Assembly (NCBI RefSeq): GCF_009914755.1
Contig: NC_060926.1
Length of the DNA: 64,000 nucleotides
Direction: 5' to 3' (one strand)
Source: the human T2T-CHM13v2.0 reference genome, Homo sapiens
Shown: positions 1-14,816 of the stretch, in pieces
How positions within the stretch are numbered: position 1 is the first letter of the stretch
Layout of the letters: the number at the start of each line of letters is the position of its first letter
Notes under the pieces: generated by a model
What the model saw: only the letters and a program-made list of their open reading frames with translations
Database searches by the model: none
What the model was told of the DNA's origin: nothing
Program-made: the position numbers and the translations under genes

Positions 1-294
1 CATGGTAAGTGCCCTATAGAGGTGTACAGTTTGTTTATACTGTATTTTTACTGTACCTTTTCTATGTGTAGATACATAAATACTTACCATTGTGTTACAG
101 TTGCCTACAGCATTCAGCAGTATATAACATGCAATACATGTTTGTAACCTGGGAGTAGTAGGCTATCTCATATAGCCTAGGTGTGTACTGGGCTGTAACA
201 TCTAGGTTTGTGTAAGTACACTCTTCACACAATGAAATTACCCAATGATGCATTTCTCAGAAAGTATCTCTGTCATTCAGCTACGCATGACTAT
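1..294. mobile_element. Tigger3/MER7 (GOLEM)-type DNA transposon end
   Basis: Ends in ...gatgcatttctcagaaagtatctctgtcattcagctacgcatgacta, resembling the Tigger3 terminus; recognised by eye. Confidence 0.7.
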
Positions 295-860
295 ACATTA
301 TTATTGACTGTAGTCACTCTGCTGTGCGGTAGATCTCAAAACTTGTTCCTTCTGTCTTCTGAAACTTTGTACCCTTTGACCAACAACTCCGCATTCCCTC
401 CCTCCTCAGCTTCACCCAGCCTTAGATTCTTCATATAAGTGAGATCATGCAGTATTTGTCTTTCTGTGCCTGGCTTATTTTACTTATGGGCCCTCCAGGT
501 TCACCCATGGTGTCGCAAATGACAGAATTTCCCTCTGAATTTAAGGCTGAATAGTTTCCCATTCTATATCAGTACACGTTTTCTTACATTCATCCATCGA
601 TGGACACTTAGGTTGAGTCCATATCTTGGCTTTTGTGAGTTATGCTGCAGTGAACCCCATCAACATATTGATTTTGATTTTTTTGGATATTATCCAGCAG
701 TAGGATTGCTGGGTCATATGGTAGTTCTGTTTTAAGTTTTTTGAGTAACCTCCATTTCATTTCCATGATGGCTATAGTAATTTACATTCCCACCAACAAT
801 GTACAAGAGTTCCCTTTTCTTTGCATCCTTGCCAACACTTACCTTTCATCTTTTTAAATT
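295..860 (-). mobile_element. Old L1M (L1MA-like) 3' fragment
   Basis: Typical antisense L1 3' text: gagatcatgcagtatttgtctttctgtgcctggcttatt, ggacacttaggttga, ttacattcccaccaaca. Confidence 0.75.
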
Positions 861-1459
861 AATTTTGAGTGAAGGGACAGGGTAAAAAAGCAGAGAGACT
901 TCTTAGAGATTTTGGTGGAAGATATAAGCATAGAAAATAATATGAAATTACATCTTGGTAGCAACCACTGCACTTTGCTTTTTTTCACTTACATCTTGGA
1001 GAGCACTTAAAAAAATTATTTTGGAATAATTTTAGATTTATAGAAAAGTTGCAAAACTTAGAGTGGTACAAAGAATGCCCATATATCCTGTATCCAGATT
1101 TAACTGTTGTTAGCATTTTATGCCATTGTTTGATCATTTGTGCCATTTTTCCTATCTGTCTACCTACCTACTTGTGTATCTGTGTAATTTTATTTCTGCG
1201 TCATTGATTATAAGTTATATCCATCCTGACCCATTACTCCTGAGTACTTTAAAAGACTAAAACAAGGTAGCTAGGTAATGAAAAAATAAGCCAAACAAAA
1301 CCAGAAACAATCTAAATGTCTATCAACAGGAAAATGGAAAAAAATGTGATATAGTCATATAATGGTACAGTAAACCACTATGAAAATTCATGAACTGCAG
1401 CTGCAAGCAACGTGAATGAACCTAAGAAACATTATATAGAGTGTGAAAGGCAAAGCTCA

Positions 1460-1615
<156 letters not shown>

Positions 1616-3145
1616 TCATAACTTTAAAAAAAAGGCAAAGCTCAGAAAACTACATACTATGGTATAATACTGTCTTTTTAAAAGGCAAGTTAACAATGAG
1701 CAAAATTCAGTAAACTAGTTACCTCTGGAGGCAGAGACAGAGGGATGGGATAGGGAAGAAGTATACTAGTAGATACAACCATATTGGCAATGTTTTAGTT
1801 CTTAAGTTGGGTAGTGGATTCATAGGCATTTATTATTACCAGGCTTCATAGCTTACAGATATAGTATATGTATTCTTTTGCATTTTTCAGAATTTTAAAG
1901 GCAGCTAAAGGATGTTGTCTAAATAGAATTTATAAAAGAGAGGAGTAGAAGACAGTATGTCATGCATGATTTGTTTGTATATGTCTTACATCCTTAACTA
2001 AAAGTGTAAATTAATTGAGCATAAAGACCGTATTTAATGCTTCTATTTTATTATCTATATTATAGATTCTATAAGACCTACTATAATTCCGTCTACAAAA
2101 TAAGGACTCAGTCTGTGTTTATTGATTACATGATTTGAAATAGCTATAAAACAGTAAGTTTAAACACTTTATTTTCAGAAAAATTCAAATTGATCTGTTG
2201 GGGAGTTTTTCTCACATAGGTAGGAAATTTCTAGACTGCTTCTGATATATTTATTATACAATATATCAGAAGGCCACTAAATAGTGGCATTTGGTTAAGA
2301 GAAATTTAAAGAAAAAACATTCTATTAAATTTTAGTGGTAAATATATAAAGGATATAACTTCTGCTTGTTAGCAAGGACATTTAAAAATAAGAGTTATGG
2401 GTGTGTCAGTATCATTCATATGAAAAAGTTAGCAGTTCATATTCTTACCAGTATGCTGAAACCAACAGTGAATTACTCAGGCTAGAAAATGTATCTGAGG
2501 CTACATTTATATTTCTTTTAGAATCATACCTCATGTTTGCCAAGTGAAGCTGATAATTTTGTGTGGATTACCTGTGATTTTGTTTCATCCTGGGCCAGTA
2601 TGCCCCAGTACCCAGTATACCTGGGGCTTCCCTCACCTGTCCCTCCCAGGAGGAGAGAATGGGAACCTGGTGTTAGTTACACTAGCCTAAACTAAACCGA
2701 GTAACGGCAGAGGTAAATCTGCTGCAAGAGTAATCACATGACCCTTCCAAAATCAAATAGAAATTATTTTGAGATTATCTAGTCTTCTCGATACCATCTT
2801 TTAAACTTCATTACCACAGATATGTGAAATTGGAACATGGCTATGCAACAATCAGCAGAGCGTTTGGAGAACAGGCACATATTAAGGAGGACTCCAATAG
2901 GTTTTTACCAGCTCTGATCCTGGGGCCAAAACAAATTATTATCTCCTGTTCAGTTGGCAAATCCTCATTGGTCAGCAGTTCATAATTTTGTATTTGTTCA
3001 TAAGGTTTGTGTTTGTCTGTACAAGTTGACAACGCGTTTCTAAAAAGGCCTCATCCTCAGGGCCAAGACTATATTTCACATAAAGCAATATGTTCACCAC
3101 AAACTCCCAGAAGACTAGATTTTGAACACAAAAAAAATTTTTTGT

Positions 3146-3443
<298 letters not shown>

Positions 3444-3737
3444 GTATTTTTTCTACTACATGGTAGGTTTACTGTCATTAAGAAAAGTCTAGCAGATTAA
3501 AAATGCAAGGTGAACTATTTATGCATCATGATACATGTGGAATTCATTTTATTCTTTTTCCATAAATAATTACAGTGCTTTGTCATTACTTCTGATAGTT
3601 TTATTCCTTGTTAATTCTCCTTTGTTATGGAGAGTCTTGATAACAGTTTGGTTTAACAGGTGCACTTAGCATTAGCTTTTTCTCAGTTGAATCTGCCTCA
3701 AAACAACAATAAGAATAAGTAAGGGTGAGGCACTGCA

Positions 3738-3740
<3 letters not shown>

Positions 3741-3766
<26 letters not shown>
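3741..3766. repeat. Poly(T)26 run
   Basis: Direct observation; not attached to an Alu body. Confidence 0.95.
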
Positions 3767-3770
<4 letters not shown>

Positions 3771-4550
3771 AGCTGAGCAGGAAGTTTGCCTCTGACAGGG
3801 TATTGTAATCAGGTTTATCACAGGAGCCTGCTGTTGTGTAACAGAAACTCTAGCCTGTCCTTACCTGTCTTAAAGTATTGCTTCACGAAGGAAAGTAAAC
3901 TCGCTGTAATATTTGTGAAATTCAATAAAATGCTTTCCCAAGCACTCCGTTTTTAATGCATGCTGGAACAATTTATTGTAGCTTTGTGGTCTTTTAAAAA
4001 ACATGTTAAACTTGTGATTTCTTACTATTGTAATGAAATGGACCTGTATCACTCGAGAAGCCCTGTATGTCACATTTATTATTCCTTTTAGACACATCCT
4101 CAGCCAAGTGTAGTAAATGTCCACACTCCCTCCCTGCTTCCCTCCCTTCCTTCCCTCTTTTTTCAAGAAGAGGAGGTTTGTGTTGCCTTCAGATGACTGT
4201 TGATTTAATTGACAGGCAGCTTTTCTTCATTGTGTGCTTTTTGCTTTTGCTCACAAAAGTGCATTCACTATTCTATAGTATGTTGAAACTTTTAAATGGA
4301 AACGGCTTTTCATTAACAAAGGAAGCATTTTCTTCCCCCCTTCCATGCCTTAGCTTTCTCCGCTAAGTCTTGGCTTCTTCAGCAGCTGTACCTCCACCAG
4401 AAATGACAAAAGGTGCAATTGTGCTAGGAGATGGCGATGAAGATATGCCAGTGGAGTTTTGTGTGTGGGCTGCTGGGGACTGTTTTCCTTCTGTGTTTGG
4501 TTTTGTTTTATTTTTGTTATTCCAGAAAGTTGAGAGCACATCTAAAAACC

Positions 4551-4573
4551 AAAAAAAAAAAAAAAAAAAAAAA
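4551..4573. repeat. Poly(A)23 run
   Basis: Direct observation; not attached to an Alu body. Confidence 0.95.
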
Positions 4574-6124
4574 TGCTTTAAAAACCCTTTTCAAACCTTT
4601 ATCCCAGCTGAGCTGTTTCTTTCCATTAAGTTGTTCTGTTAGTATTTCAGTGGCCCCTCTGTCTTAATAACAACAAATCTGGCAAAACTCACTTAAAGCA
4701 GAGGGACATGGAATACAGAGAGTGTTGATGTGGTTTTTCTTTTTCTAAGCAGGCCGTGAGAGTCTGAGTCTTCCTGCCATTATCCTGACTTAAGAGCAGA
4801 GCAGAGCTCAGGAGAGGAGATAGGTGTGCAAATTAAATTTTAGTCTTTCCAGCCATCTCCTTTTTCTGAGTTGTGATTCCTGAGCCCAAGTAGATAGCCA
4901 GTTCATTTCATTTACTTAAATTAATTTGGAGATAACCCTCTTCTCCTTTTTCTGCCTCTGCCTCTTCTGCTGCTTCATTTGTGACTCAACTTTCTGGAGT
5001 ATGGTGCTGACTTGAAGCCCTATTTACTTCTAGCAAAAATCTTTCAGTTTACCTGGTAGAATAAACTGAAAATCTAGTACCTTTCAGGGGCACCATCTCT
5101 TCACAGCATACCAAATAATCAGATCACTGATTGAACCAAAGTATTGGGTCTAGATATACTTGTCTGTATTAGATACAATTTATTCTGTCAGTGACTTAAA
5201 ATAGGGCTACTTCTATCTTTTCAGCCTTGATTTTCTTGATATATTTTAAACCTACAGATCAGTTTAAAAATAGATAATATGTAACATAGATACTATTCTT
5301 CCACAGTCCTTGGCAGTGTTTCTCAGTCCTCTCAAGAATTAGTCATTTCATCATCCCTCACTAGACGCAGCAAGAAGGGATAAAGAGGAAACTGGAAATT
5401 TGTTCTGAAGTACATCTCCAATATTTTGAATGTTGATCAACAGCATTCTGATCTTCTCCCTGAATGAGTAAAAAGAAAAGATGTAATACTGGGTCAGCCA
5501 AACCCACTGCGTGGCACTTAGCCAGGATGATTCATTTTGCTTGGAGCAATCTTACACCCTTTGTGAAACTGGGTTTCTTTTGGTTGAAGGAAGAAAAAGA
5601 CTCGTCCAGAGCTGTCAGTCACTTCTTAAGCACCTTCAAATGAAGGCCTTATTGGATTGTTTTGATCTGCCCAGAATCTTCAAACCTGACTCTAGATTTG
5701 TTCACCTTCTTACTCTGTAGGCCACATGTAATGCTTGGGATTTTTTGTACAATCTTTATTAGAATAATAACCTGACAGGTTTCAAATCTACTTGAGGGAA
5801 GTTGAGGTGAACATAATGATCAGGTTCCCTCATTTCTACTCTTCCCTCCCAGACAGCATGAGGGAGAGAAGCCAGCTGGTGTTTTCTTGTGTTCCTGGCC
5901 CACTTCCCCCAACCCCCCACCCCGCCCCCAGCTACCATCATCTCAGCCTCACTGGAATGTGTATGTGTGCTTCTCTTTCCAAACTTGGAGAGTAAAACTA
6001 TCTGAGCACTTCCTCCTGTCTACAAGAAAAATAGCCTCTGCATTTTATTTTTTGTTTCCTACAACCGGCATATTCTGTTTTCTGGGGATCCATAGCAATT
6101 TCATTAATCTCTAGAGGCTCTCAG

Positions 6125-6290
6125 GCTTTAGTATGCATAAGAATATCCTGGAGAGCTTGTTTAAACTGCAGATTCTTAGACCCAGTGTCAGAAATTGATT
6201 CAGTTAAGTATAGTGTGGGCTCTAAGAAGATGTTTTTCGTAAGCATCTTGCAAGTGATTCTGATGGAGATTACGCTTTGAGCAGTGCATT
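6125..6290. mobile_element. MER5-like hAT DNA transposon remnant
   Basis: gcataagaat..cctggagagcttgtttaaactgcagattc...aagtgattctgatg...tttgag pattern. Confidence 0.6.
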
Positions 6291-6919
6291 ATATAAGCCT
6301 TATCTCTATGTCTGTCTTTTGTTATTCCACCTTGTTCCACAGAAGATTTGAGGTAGAATTAGCAGATAACCAAAGGGTCAGTATAAAACAAAATGCTGTT
6401 ATACCTTATTAAGTATGTGTTGTTTTAAACAGGATTCTGTTTAAAACTGTTTGGGAACTATATCTATTGAGAAACTGGTCTGTGAGTTTAACATATATGA
6501 AAACAGTGAAAATCAAGGCTGAAAAGATAGAAGTATCCTTACTCTCTCTGTAAGTCATTGACAGAGTACAGTGTATCTAATGGAGAAGATTCTGGCAGGC
6601 TTCTTATTCTGGGAAATGTAGACACATATCTTGGTGTTACATTTTTAATAATTATAGTTTAATAACTCCGTATTTCCCCCCAAAGTGTATTTATGAGAGG
6701 TTTCGTGTAAGATAAAAGTAGATATTAGCAAGTGGTATAGATTTTGAATGTCTGTAGATTTCATATATGCTGAATTTTTTAAATTTCCAGCTTTATTACA
6801 CTTCTAATTATGACCTCTTTAACATGTGTTTTTTTTTTCCTTTAGACAGACATTACTTAATTCCTTTTTTCTTTTTTTTTTCTCCTGCCACCTTGTCTGA
6901 GAACTTAGGTTCCATTTTA

Positions 6920-7600
6920 TACTTTTTTTGGTGGCAAAATATACATAAAAGTTACCATTTTAGCCATTTGTTAAGTGTGCAGCTCAGTGGTATTAAGTGT
7001 ATTTATATTTTTGTGCATCCATCACCACCATCCATCTCTAGAATTTTTTCATCTTCCCACGTTGAAACTCATACCCATTAAACACCAACTTCCCATTCCC
7101 CACTTGTTCCAGCCTCTGGTAAACACCATTCTACTTTCTGTCTCTAGGAATTTGACTTCTTTAGGTATCTCATACGTGTGGAATCATACAACATTTGACT
7201 TTTTGTGTCTGGCGTCTGGCTTACTTCACTTAGCATAATATCTTTAAGGATCACCTATATTGTAGTTCGTGTCAGAATTTCATTCCTTTTCAGGCTGGAT
7301 AATATTCTATGATATATATAAAACATTCAAAATCTATATATACTACTTGCTAATATCCAGCTTTGTCTTATATAAAATATATATACATTTACGTACATAC
7401 ATACCACATTTTGTTCATCCATTCATTGGTGTACATTTGGGTCGTTTCTACCTTTTGACTATTGTGAGCAGTGCCAGTAGGAACATTGGTATACAAATAT
7501 TTGTTCGCATCCCTGCTTTCAGTTCCAGAAGTGCAATTAGTGGATCATATAGTAAGTCTATATTTAATTTTTTAGACAACCACAATATATTTTTGAATGT
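6920..7600 (-). mobile_element. L1MB-like 3' fragment
   Basis: accattctactttctgtctcta, ggaatcataca, cttacttcacttagcataat motifs. Confidence 0.7.
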
Positions 7601-8183
7601 TTTTTTCTTATTACAAAGGTAATGTATTCAGAATTAGAAGGAATGTAGAAAATAATGAGAAGTACAAAGAAGGAGATGAAAATCACAGTCTGATTTCTCA
7701 TGAATGCCATTAACATTTGCTATTTTTGATTGTCTTGTTTAATGTGCATAAACATATTTGCAAAATTAGGATTGAAGCATGTATACAAATTTGTCTCCTG
7801 CATTTTAAAAATTGAGCATTGTACTATGAATATTTTCCTAAATCATAAAACAGCCTATCAAAGCACGTTTTCTTAGCTGCTTAATATGATGCATGATATG
7901 TATATCTAACATAAATATCCAGTAATAAGGAAATGATGGATTCATAAAGAAGAATGTTTTCCAGTCACTCAAAATAATGTTCTCACAGGCTATCTCGTGG
8001 CATTAGAAAATTCTCACAAAACATAATGTTAGGTCAAAATTCAGGAGATGAAACTATATTCCTAATCCAGTTTGTACAAAAGCTCTCAGACAGGCAGGAG
8101 CTTAGCCTAAGAGCAGTGTAAACTATTAGAGGGATTTTAGTAGGGGAATGACATACCAGATTTTCATTTTGTAATCTTACCCT

Positions 8184-8493
8184 GGGCTGCATGCAGTGGC
8201 TCATGCCTGCAATCCCAACACTTTGGGAGGCCAAGGCAGGCAAATTGCATGACCCTAGGAGTTCAAGACCAGCCTGGGCAATATGACAAAACTCCATCTC
8301 TACAAAAAATACAAAAAATTAGCTGGGTGTGGTGGTGCATGCCTATAGTCCCAGCCTACCCAGAAGGCTGAGGCAGGAGGATCACTTGAGCCCAGGAGGT
8401 CAAGGCTGTAGTGAGCTGTGATCATGCCACAGCACTCCAGCCTGGGCAATAGAGTGAGACCCTGTCTCAAAAATAATAATAATAATAAAATAA
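8184..8493 (+). mobile_element. AluJ
   Basis: Full Alu with (AAT)n tail; TSD aatcttaccctgg on both sides. Confidence 0.88.
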
Positions 8494-10159
8494 AATCTTA
8501 CCCTGGCTCCCAGTTGCAAAGAGCTAGAAGCAGATATAGGGCTGTCAGGAGGTTTTTGATAGTTCGGGTCTGGGGTAGAGTTGTTAAAGTGATGAGAAAG
8601 ACTATCACTGAAGACCAGGCTTGGAGGTGGAGTAAACAGTCTGTGGAATGGAATGAATGTGGTGTGTGAGAAAAGGGAGGTGTCAAGGATGTTCCTAAAT
8701 GTTTGCTTTTTGCGACAGGGTAAGGAACACTGCTGGAGGGATTAAAATTTAGGGATGTGGAAGATGTTGGGATATAGAAGTTTGACATACTAGAAAGATA
8801 ATCCAAGTAGAGATGTCAAATAGGCTGTTGAATTTAAATCCCAATGTTATAAATATGGATGTGCCCAAATGAGCTGAGAGAAAAGTCCACCCAGATCCTA
8901 ACAGAGGGTTTCTCTAAGTTGTCAGAGATTTTTATTATCTTTTAGTATAGAATTTTATATTTCCTAAATTTTCTATAATGTTGATGTGTTATTTTTATAA
9001 TCAAATTTAAATGTTGCTAACATATATTCATCATAGCATTCTTTATACTGGTTTAAAAATGGGAAACAACCTAAATGCATAACAATGAGGCAAGACTGGT
9101 TAAAAGAAAATGGGATAGGATTGAAAACCTTTAGCCACCTTTAAAAAAATATTTTGAGTGTTACTCAAAAAGGAAAAGTTGGTTCAGTTTAAAAATAAAA
9201 GAAATTTTAAAAAATGAAATCTGTAATACTGAATTGAGACTAGCAGAATCTGGAATCGAATCTATAGGATAGATAGGTAGATATGCACACTTAATTATTT
9301 TCTCCTCAATTCATATTCGAAAGAATAGTGGCCTCTTTGTCACCAGATGTTGACTTTCATGTATCAGCTTTTAGTGTGGAAGTTTTGAAAAGATGCTAAA
9401 TCCTTGTAGCCTACCAAATTGCTTCTCATTAGTGACCTTACACATACTTGTCATGAATTTATCATCCATTAAATCATTTTTTAGATGATTTTTTTTCTAA
9501 GGGGAACATTTACTGCTCTAGTGTTTTGTTTGCAGATAAAAGTACTTAATTGCATCTCTTACCTGCATTATTTAAAAGGATTAAGATTGCTGTAAATCTT
9601 ATTAGTAATGTTAAATTGTCTCAGCTTGAAAAGATGCTTCAAATTCTGTGCAGAATGAACCAGAGGTCTAAATTAATTAATTTTACAAATAAAAAGGAAG
9701 ACACCTTCTTTTCAAAGTTCACTGAGAACTTATGTTTTTCTTTTCTCTCTTTAAAATTCACAGATTAAAATACAATTAATAGTATTTTAGTGTACAAGTA
9801 GAATAACTGTATCCCAACATTAACAAAAAAACTTAAAATGCCACATTGCTACTTTGGATTAAGAGAAAATTACTTTGTATTCTTCAGCTACAGATCAATC
9901 ATATGTTGATAATATAACATAAACTGAAGGCATTTTTCCTAAGGAAATATAAGAGTTTAGCTATTGAAATAGTTGTACCAAAATAAATATAATACAGGGA
10001 AGATTTTAGCTTCAGGCAAAGTAAAATCAAGCATAGTTATAAATTCTAAAAATTAACAGTGTAATTGTCTCCGTTAAGCATATACCTCTGTACCATTAAG
10101 GTCTTTCCACCTTTGTATTTGAGCAATGATTTCTCCCACAAAGGTGATATATGAAGCAT

Positions 10160-10760
10160 TTTTTTTTTTTTTACTTTTTATTGAGGTAAAATAGACACAT
10201 AGGAAAGTCTACACATCATAAATGTATATACAGTGTGATGAATTTTCACAACCTGAACACAGCCACAGCACCCAGCTTCATGGAGAGGCGTTACCAGCAC
10301 CCCAGGAGCTCTGCTGGGTGCTCCCTTCCAGTCATGTCCTACCCACCCTTAGAGTAATCAAATCCTGACTTCTAACAGTACAGAAGATGGGGACAGAGTT
10401 ACTGAGTTTTATACTTTATATAACTGGAATCATTCTCTTTTGCATCTGGCTTTTTTCTTTGAACATTATGTTTTGAAGATTGATTCATTGTTGCATGTAG
10501 CACATTCACTTACTGAACACTGTTCTATTGTGAGATTATATCACAATTCACTTATCTATTCTAGATACGTAATTTATGGACATTTGAGTAATTTCCAGCT
10601 TAGAGTTTTCACAAATAGTGTTGTTATGAACATCCTAGTACATGTCTTTTATGGGCATGCATACGCATTTCTGCTGAGTATACATAGCTAGGAGTAGAAT
10701 TCCCTTGACCTAGGAGGTACATATGCTCAACTTTAATAGATACTGCAAAATGGATTTTCA
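10160..10760 (-). mobile_element. Old L1MC/ME fragment
   Basis: Degenerate antisense L1 3' motifs (tggacatttgagtaatttccag, atgaacatcctagtacatgtc). Confidence 0.55.
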
Positions 10761-11003
10761 AAATTTTTGTATTAGGCTCAATTTTGATACTGTTCTACCA
10801 TATCAGAAATGTTAGTTTTCTGAAATCCTACATGCACATGTGTGTTGTACTATAGTTATTTATCCAAGCCTTCTATCTCCTTTCTCGATTGTCAACTGCT
10901 TAAGGAGATTGTCTTATTCATCTTTTTATTTCTGAGATTATCTTATTCATGTTTTTATTTCTCAAAGTACTTTGCACAATTCCTTGCATAGAATAGGCTC
11001 TAA

Positions 11004-11314
<311 letters not shown>

Positions 11315-12037
11315 ACTCTAAACTAAATTTTTTATGTGAATAGATGAGTAAGTGAAAAACTACATGCAGTATTAATATTAAGAATGTTTATAAATTGCAA
11401 AAATACAAATGGTATATGCAAAAAACTTCGAGTTCTTAAAGTAAGTGCTAGACAGAATATATTAATATTTGTTCATAGCTTTTCTGAACTTTGTAAGAGA
11501 ATCTTACATATTTTTATATGTGCGAGTTTAGTATAAAGTTGAATTGTGGATTTTTAACTACTAGACTTAAAACCTGGTGTTACTCCCATGTGGAAAGCAC
11601 GTGAATATTATGTAACAGTGAGCCGCATTTGTTAGCTATGAATTTGAAGAGTAATGAGAGAGTGCAGGTGGGAAAGGTGAGAGGGAGGTTGTGTATCAGA
11701 GCAGTCATGACAACATTATAACTCTGATTGGGTTGTAGCTTTCATCCTTTCTCCAGATTCTTCTAAGGCAAGAAGTAGTGATTTTACCATATCATGGGAA
11801 AACCCAGTAAGAGTTTTAAGAGCCAAATAGAATTTTAGTGGCTTTTAACATTTAGTATTTATGACTTAAAATTGCTGAGTTAAAATATTAAGGATTTATG
11901 GGGGTTTTCTCCCTTCATGCTTTTCTCCAAATTCCAAATTTTATTCAGTAAGTGCATATTAGTTTTATCTGTTCCTTTTTCTTTTCTTAAGCATTCCAAA
12001 TACTCTGGCTTGGAACATACTACTTGCTAAATCAGAA

Positions 12038-12713
12038 ATTTTTTTTTTCTTTCCAACTTTGATTTTAGGTTCAAGGGGCACATGGGCAGGTTTGTTACAT
12101 GGGTAAATTGAGTGTGGTGGGGGTTTGGTGTACAGATTATCTTGTCACCCAGGTAACAAGCACAGTAAAGGTAGTTTTTTGATCCTCACCCTCCACCCTC
12201 AAGTAGGCCCTCGTGTCTGTTGTTCCCTTCTTTGTGTGCATGTGTACTCAATGTTTAGCTCCCACTTATAAGTGAGAAATGCAGTATTTGGATTTTTGTT
12301 ACTGCATTAATTTGCTTAAGATAATGGCCTCCAGCTCCATCCATGTCACTGCAAAGGACATGATCTTGTTCTTAGGGCTGTGTAATATTCCATGGTGTAT
12401 ATAGACGACAATTTCTTCATCTAGTCCACTGTTGGTAGGCATTTAGGTTGATTCCATGTCTTTGCTGTTGTAAATAGTGCTGTGATGAATACACACGTGC
12501 ATGTGTCAATGACATATTCCTTTGGGTATATATCCAGTAATAGGTTTGCTGGCTTGAATGGCAGCTCTGTTTTAAGTTCTTTGAGAAATCTCCAAACTGC
12601 TTTCTACAGTGACTGAACTAATTTACATTCCTGCCAGCAGTGCATAAGTGTTCCTTTTTCTGCACAACTTCACCGGCATCTGTTATTTTTTTACTTTTTA
12701 ATAATAGCCATTC
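12038..12713 (-). mobile_element. 5'-truncated old L1PA (L1PA15/16-like) 3' end
   Basis: T-run then ttccaactttgattttaggttcaaggggcacatg; TSD ctaaatcagaa at ~12027 and ~12714; ends ~75 bp before a TAF1B exon. Confidence 0.8.
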
Positions 12714-12787
12714 TAAATCAGAACATATTTTTAAAAATAATTTTTTTTGCAAAAATTGCAACTATGATGGTCTCTCTTTTATTTCAG

Positions 12788-12935
12788 TCTTGGCCTGACT
12801 ACGAGGACATCTATAAAAAAACAATAGAAGTTGGAACATTTTTAGATTTGCCTCGTTTTCCAGACATAACTGAAGACTGCTATCTTCATCCCAACATACT
12901 GTGTATGAAATACTTGATGGAAGTCAACCTCCCTG
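12788..12935 (+). CDS. TAF1B: TAF1B coding exon (probably exon 9): [49 protein letters not shown]
   Basis: ttttatttcag acceptor, G|gtaagt donor, 148 nt (phase 0 to 1); peptide recognised as TAF1B and frame continues through all later exons. Confidence 0.96.
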
Positions 12936-14816
12936 GTAAGTGTGTGGCATATATTGTGGGGACACTTTAACTAGTAGAGTAATAATAAGCAGAGTATAGA
13001 ATCTTTTCAAATCACAGACTATTAGAACCACCTGAAAAGGTCCATGGTTACATGAAACTTAATGTCAAAATCCTTTCTTAAAATAATTCAGACCTTTTAA
13101 AATCATTAAAGGGACAATATTCAGAAATAGAGTTTTCAGAAATAAGAGTTCTGTTTTGGTGTGAGGGATTTATGCTTGAGAGAATATGTTTGATTTTTAT
13201 AGTAAGTTTGCTAAGTGCAAGTAAAGTACCAAATGTTTCAGTATATGTTTTTAATGACCTGTCCTCCATCCCAAAACGGCACTTTTTAATTTGCATGAGG
13301 CATTATTATTACATAATGAATTCTAATTTTTAAAAAAATCCTAGAAGCTAATCTGTGGTAACATTTTTGTTGCTTGGTAATATATCCAGTCCATAAAACA
13401 AATGGAGATCAAAGTCTGGTCAGATCATATTGAACTCTTTAAGGCAGTGAAACATAGAATGTAAAAAGAGCCTCACTATACCTGGTTCATAGTATACCAA
13501 CACACAGGTAACCTCAGTGGAATCTGCTGGTGGAATCCAGTCCTGAATTTCTTGTTAGACTAGAAATGTGAGAAATTTTGGACTTATATTCTTAAGAGAA
13601 AATACAAACGTGGTGTGACTATACCATTGCTGAAGCAATGTAAAAAATGTGATTGAATGTATTGTTAATAGGAGAGTAAAATACATGTGTTATGTGAAAA
13701 AAGCAATATATGAAATTGTATGTACAGTAACTATAAATGTGACTATAAATATGTAGTAACATATATAAATGTAAGTATTGTCATAATTTAAAAATATTTT
13801 TAAAAACAGGAACAAAAATAATTTAAATTTTTCAAATGTAACATTTCTAAAGCTAAGGAATATGGCTCTTATTGAGATTCCAGAAATCAGTAATTATTTA
13901 AGATTCCAGAATTTGGAAGATCTTATTTCTGCATTTGGACATGTTGTATAGATCAGAATTACTATTTTGGATTTTTTTTTCTTTCTGCTTCTTTGATGGG
14001 TCTCTCAAGTGTGGAAAGTTCCCGTATGCTGTCTTATGTTCTAAATCCTGAGTTTATAGAGAGAATACTGGGTTATGGAAGGCATACCAGGGATTATCAA
14101 AATATAACTGATGCAGCCTGGTTAATAGCAAGCAAGCATCTATGTCACGTGTTTATTATTGGACAGAGAGGGGATGATAGGTTTTCTGGCTGTTATCTAT
14201 AGTTTAACCATATTTCTTGCCTAACATTTCCTGTGCGTAAGGAGTAGAAATAAATCCGTTATAATATACAGAGAGACATTATTGTCATTTGATATTTATT
14301 AAGTGACTTTTTGGAGGCAGTATTATAAAAAATGGAGGTAGAAAAATTTCACTTCTCACAGTCTGTTCAATAGAAATAATTTGAAATATAGAAAAAAATT
14401 ACCCATAAATGTCATTAGTCTCTTTATTTATAATATTGAAAAATCAGAAACAAATATCCAAAAGAAAGGGAAGGGTTATGTAAACAGTGTTGTGTATGTT
14501 CAGTGGAACTTTAGGTATGTAGCTTTTAAAATAATGTTTATGAAGAGTTCATAAAAGCATGGAAAATGTTTATGTTATAATAAAAAGTCGAACAAGCCAA
14601 ATTACAAAATTATGTATAACATAACCACAGCTACAGAAAATGAAGACATTCATGAAAAGATTAGAAGTAAATATACCAAAATGTTAAAGTGGCTATTTCT
14701 ACCTTAGGGTAACACATGTTATTTTTTTCTTCTCCTACCTTTATGTATCTTATAAATATCCTATATTGAGTTGTATTACTTATTAATGGGCACGGGGAGT
14801 GCAATAAGCTTTTGCA

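Noticed and set aside
3927-4579. Possible processed pseudogene ending in the A23 run
   Set aside because: No poly(A) signal before the run, no recognisable coding homology, and only a 10-bp A-rich match (aaaatgcttt) as putative TSD
10905-10962. 2 x 29-bp imperfect tandem repeat
   Set aside because: Ordinary slippage duplication in old repeat-derived intronic DNA
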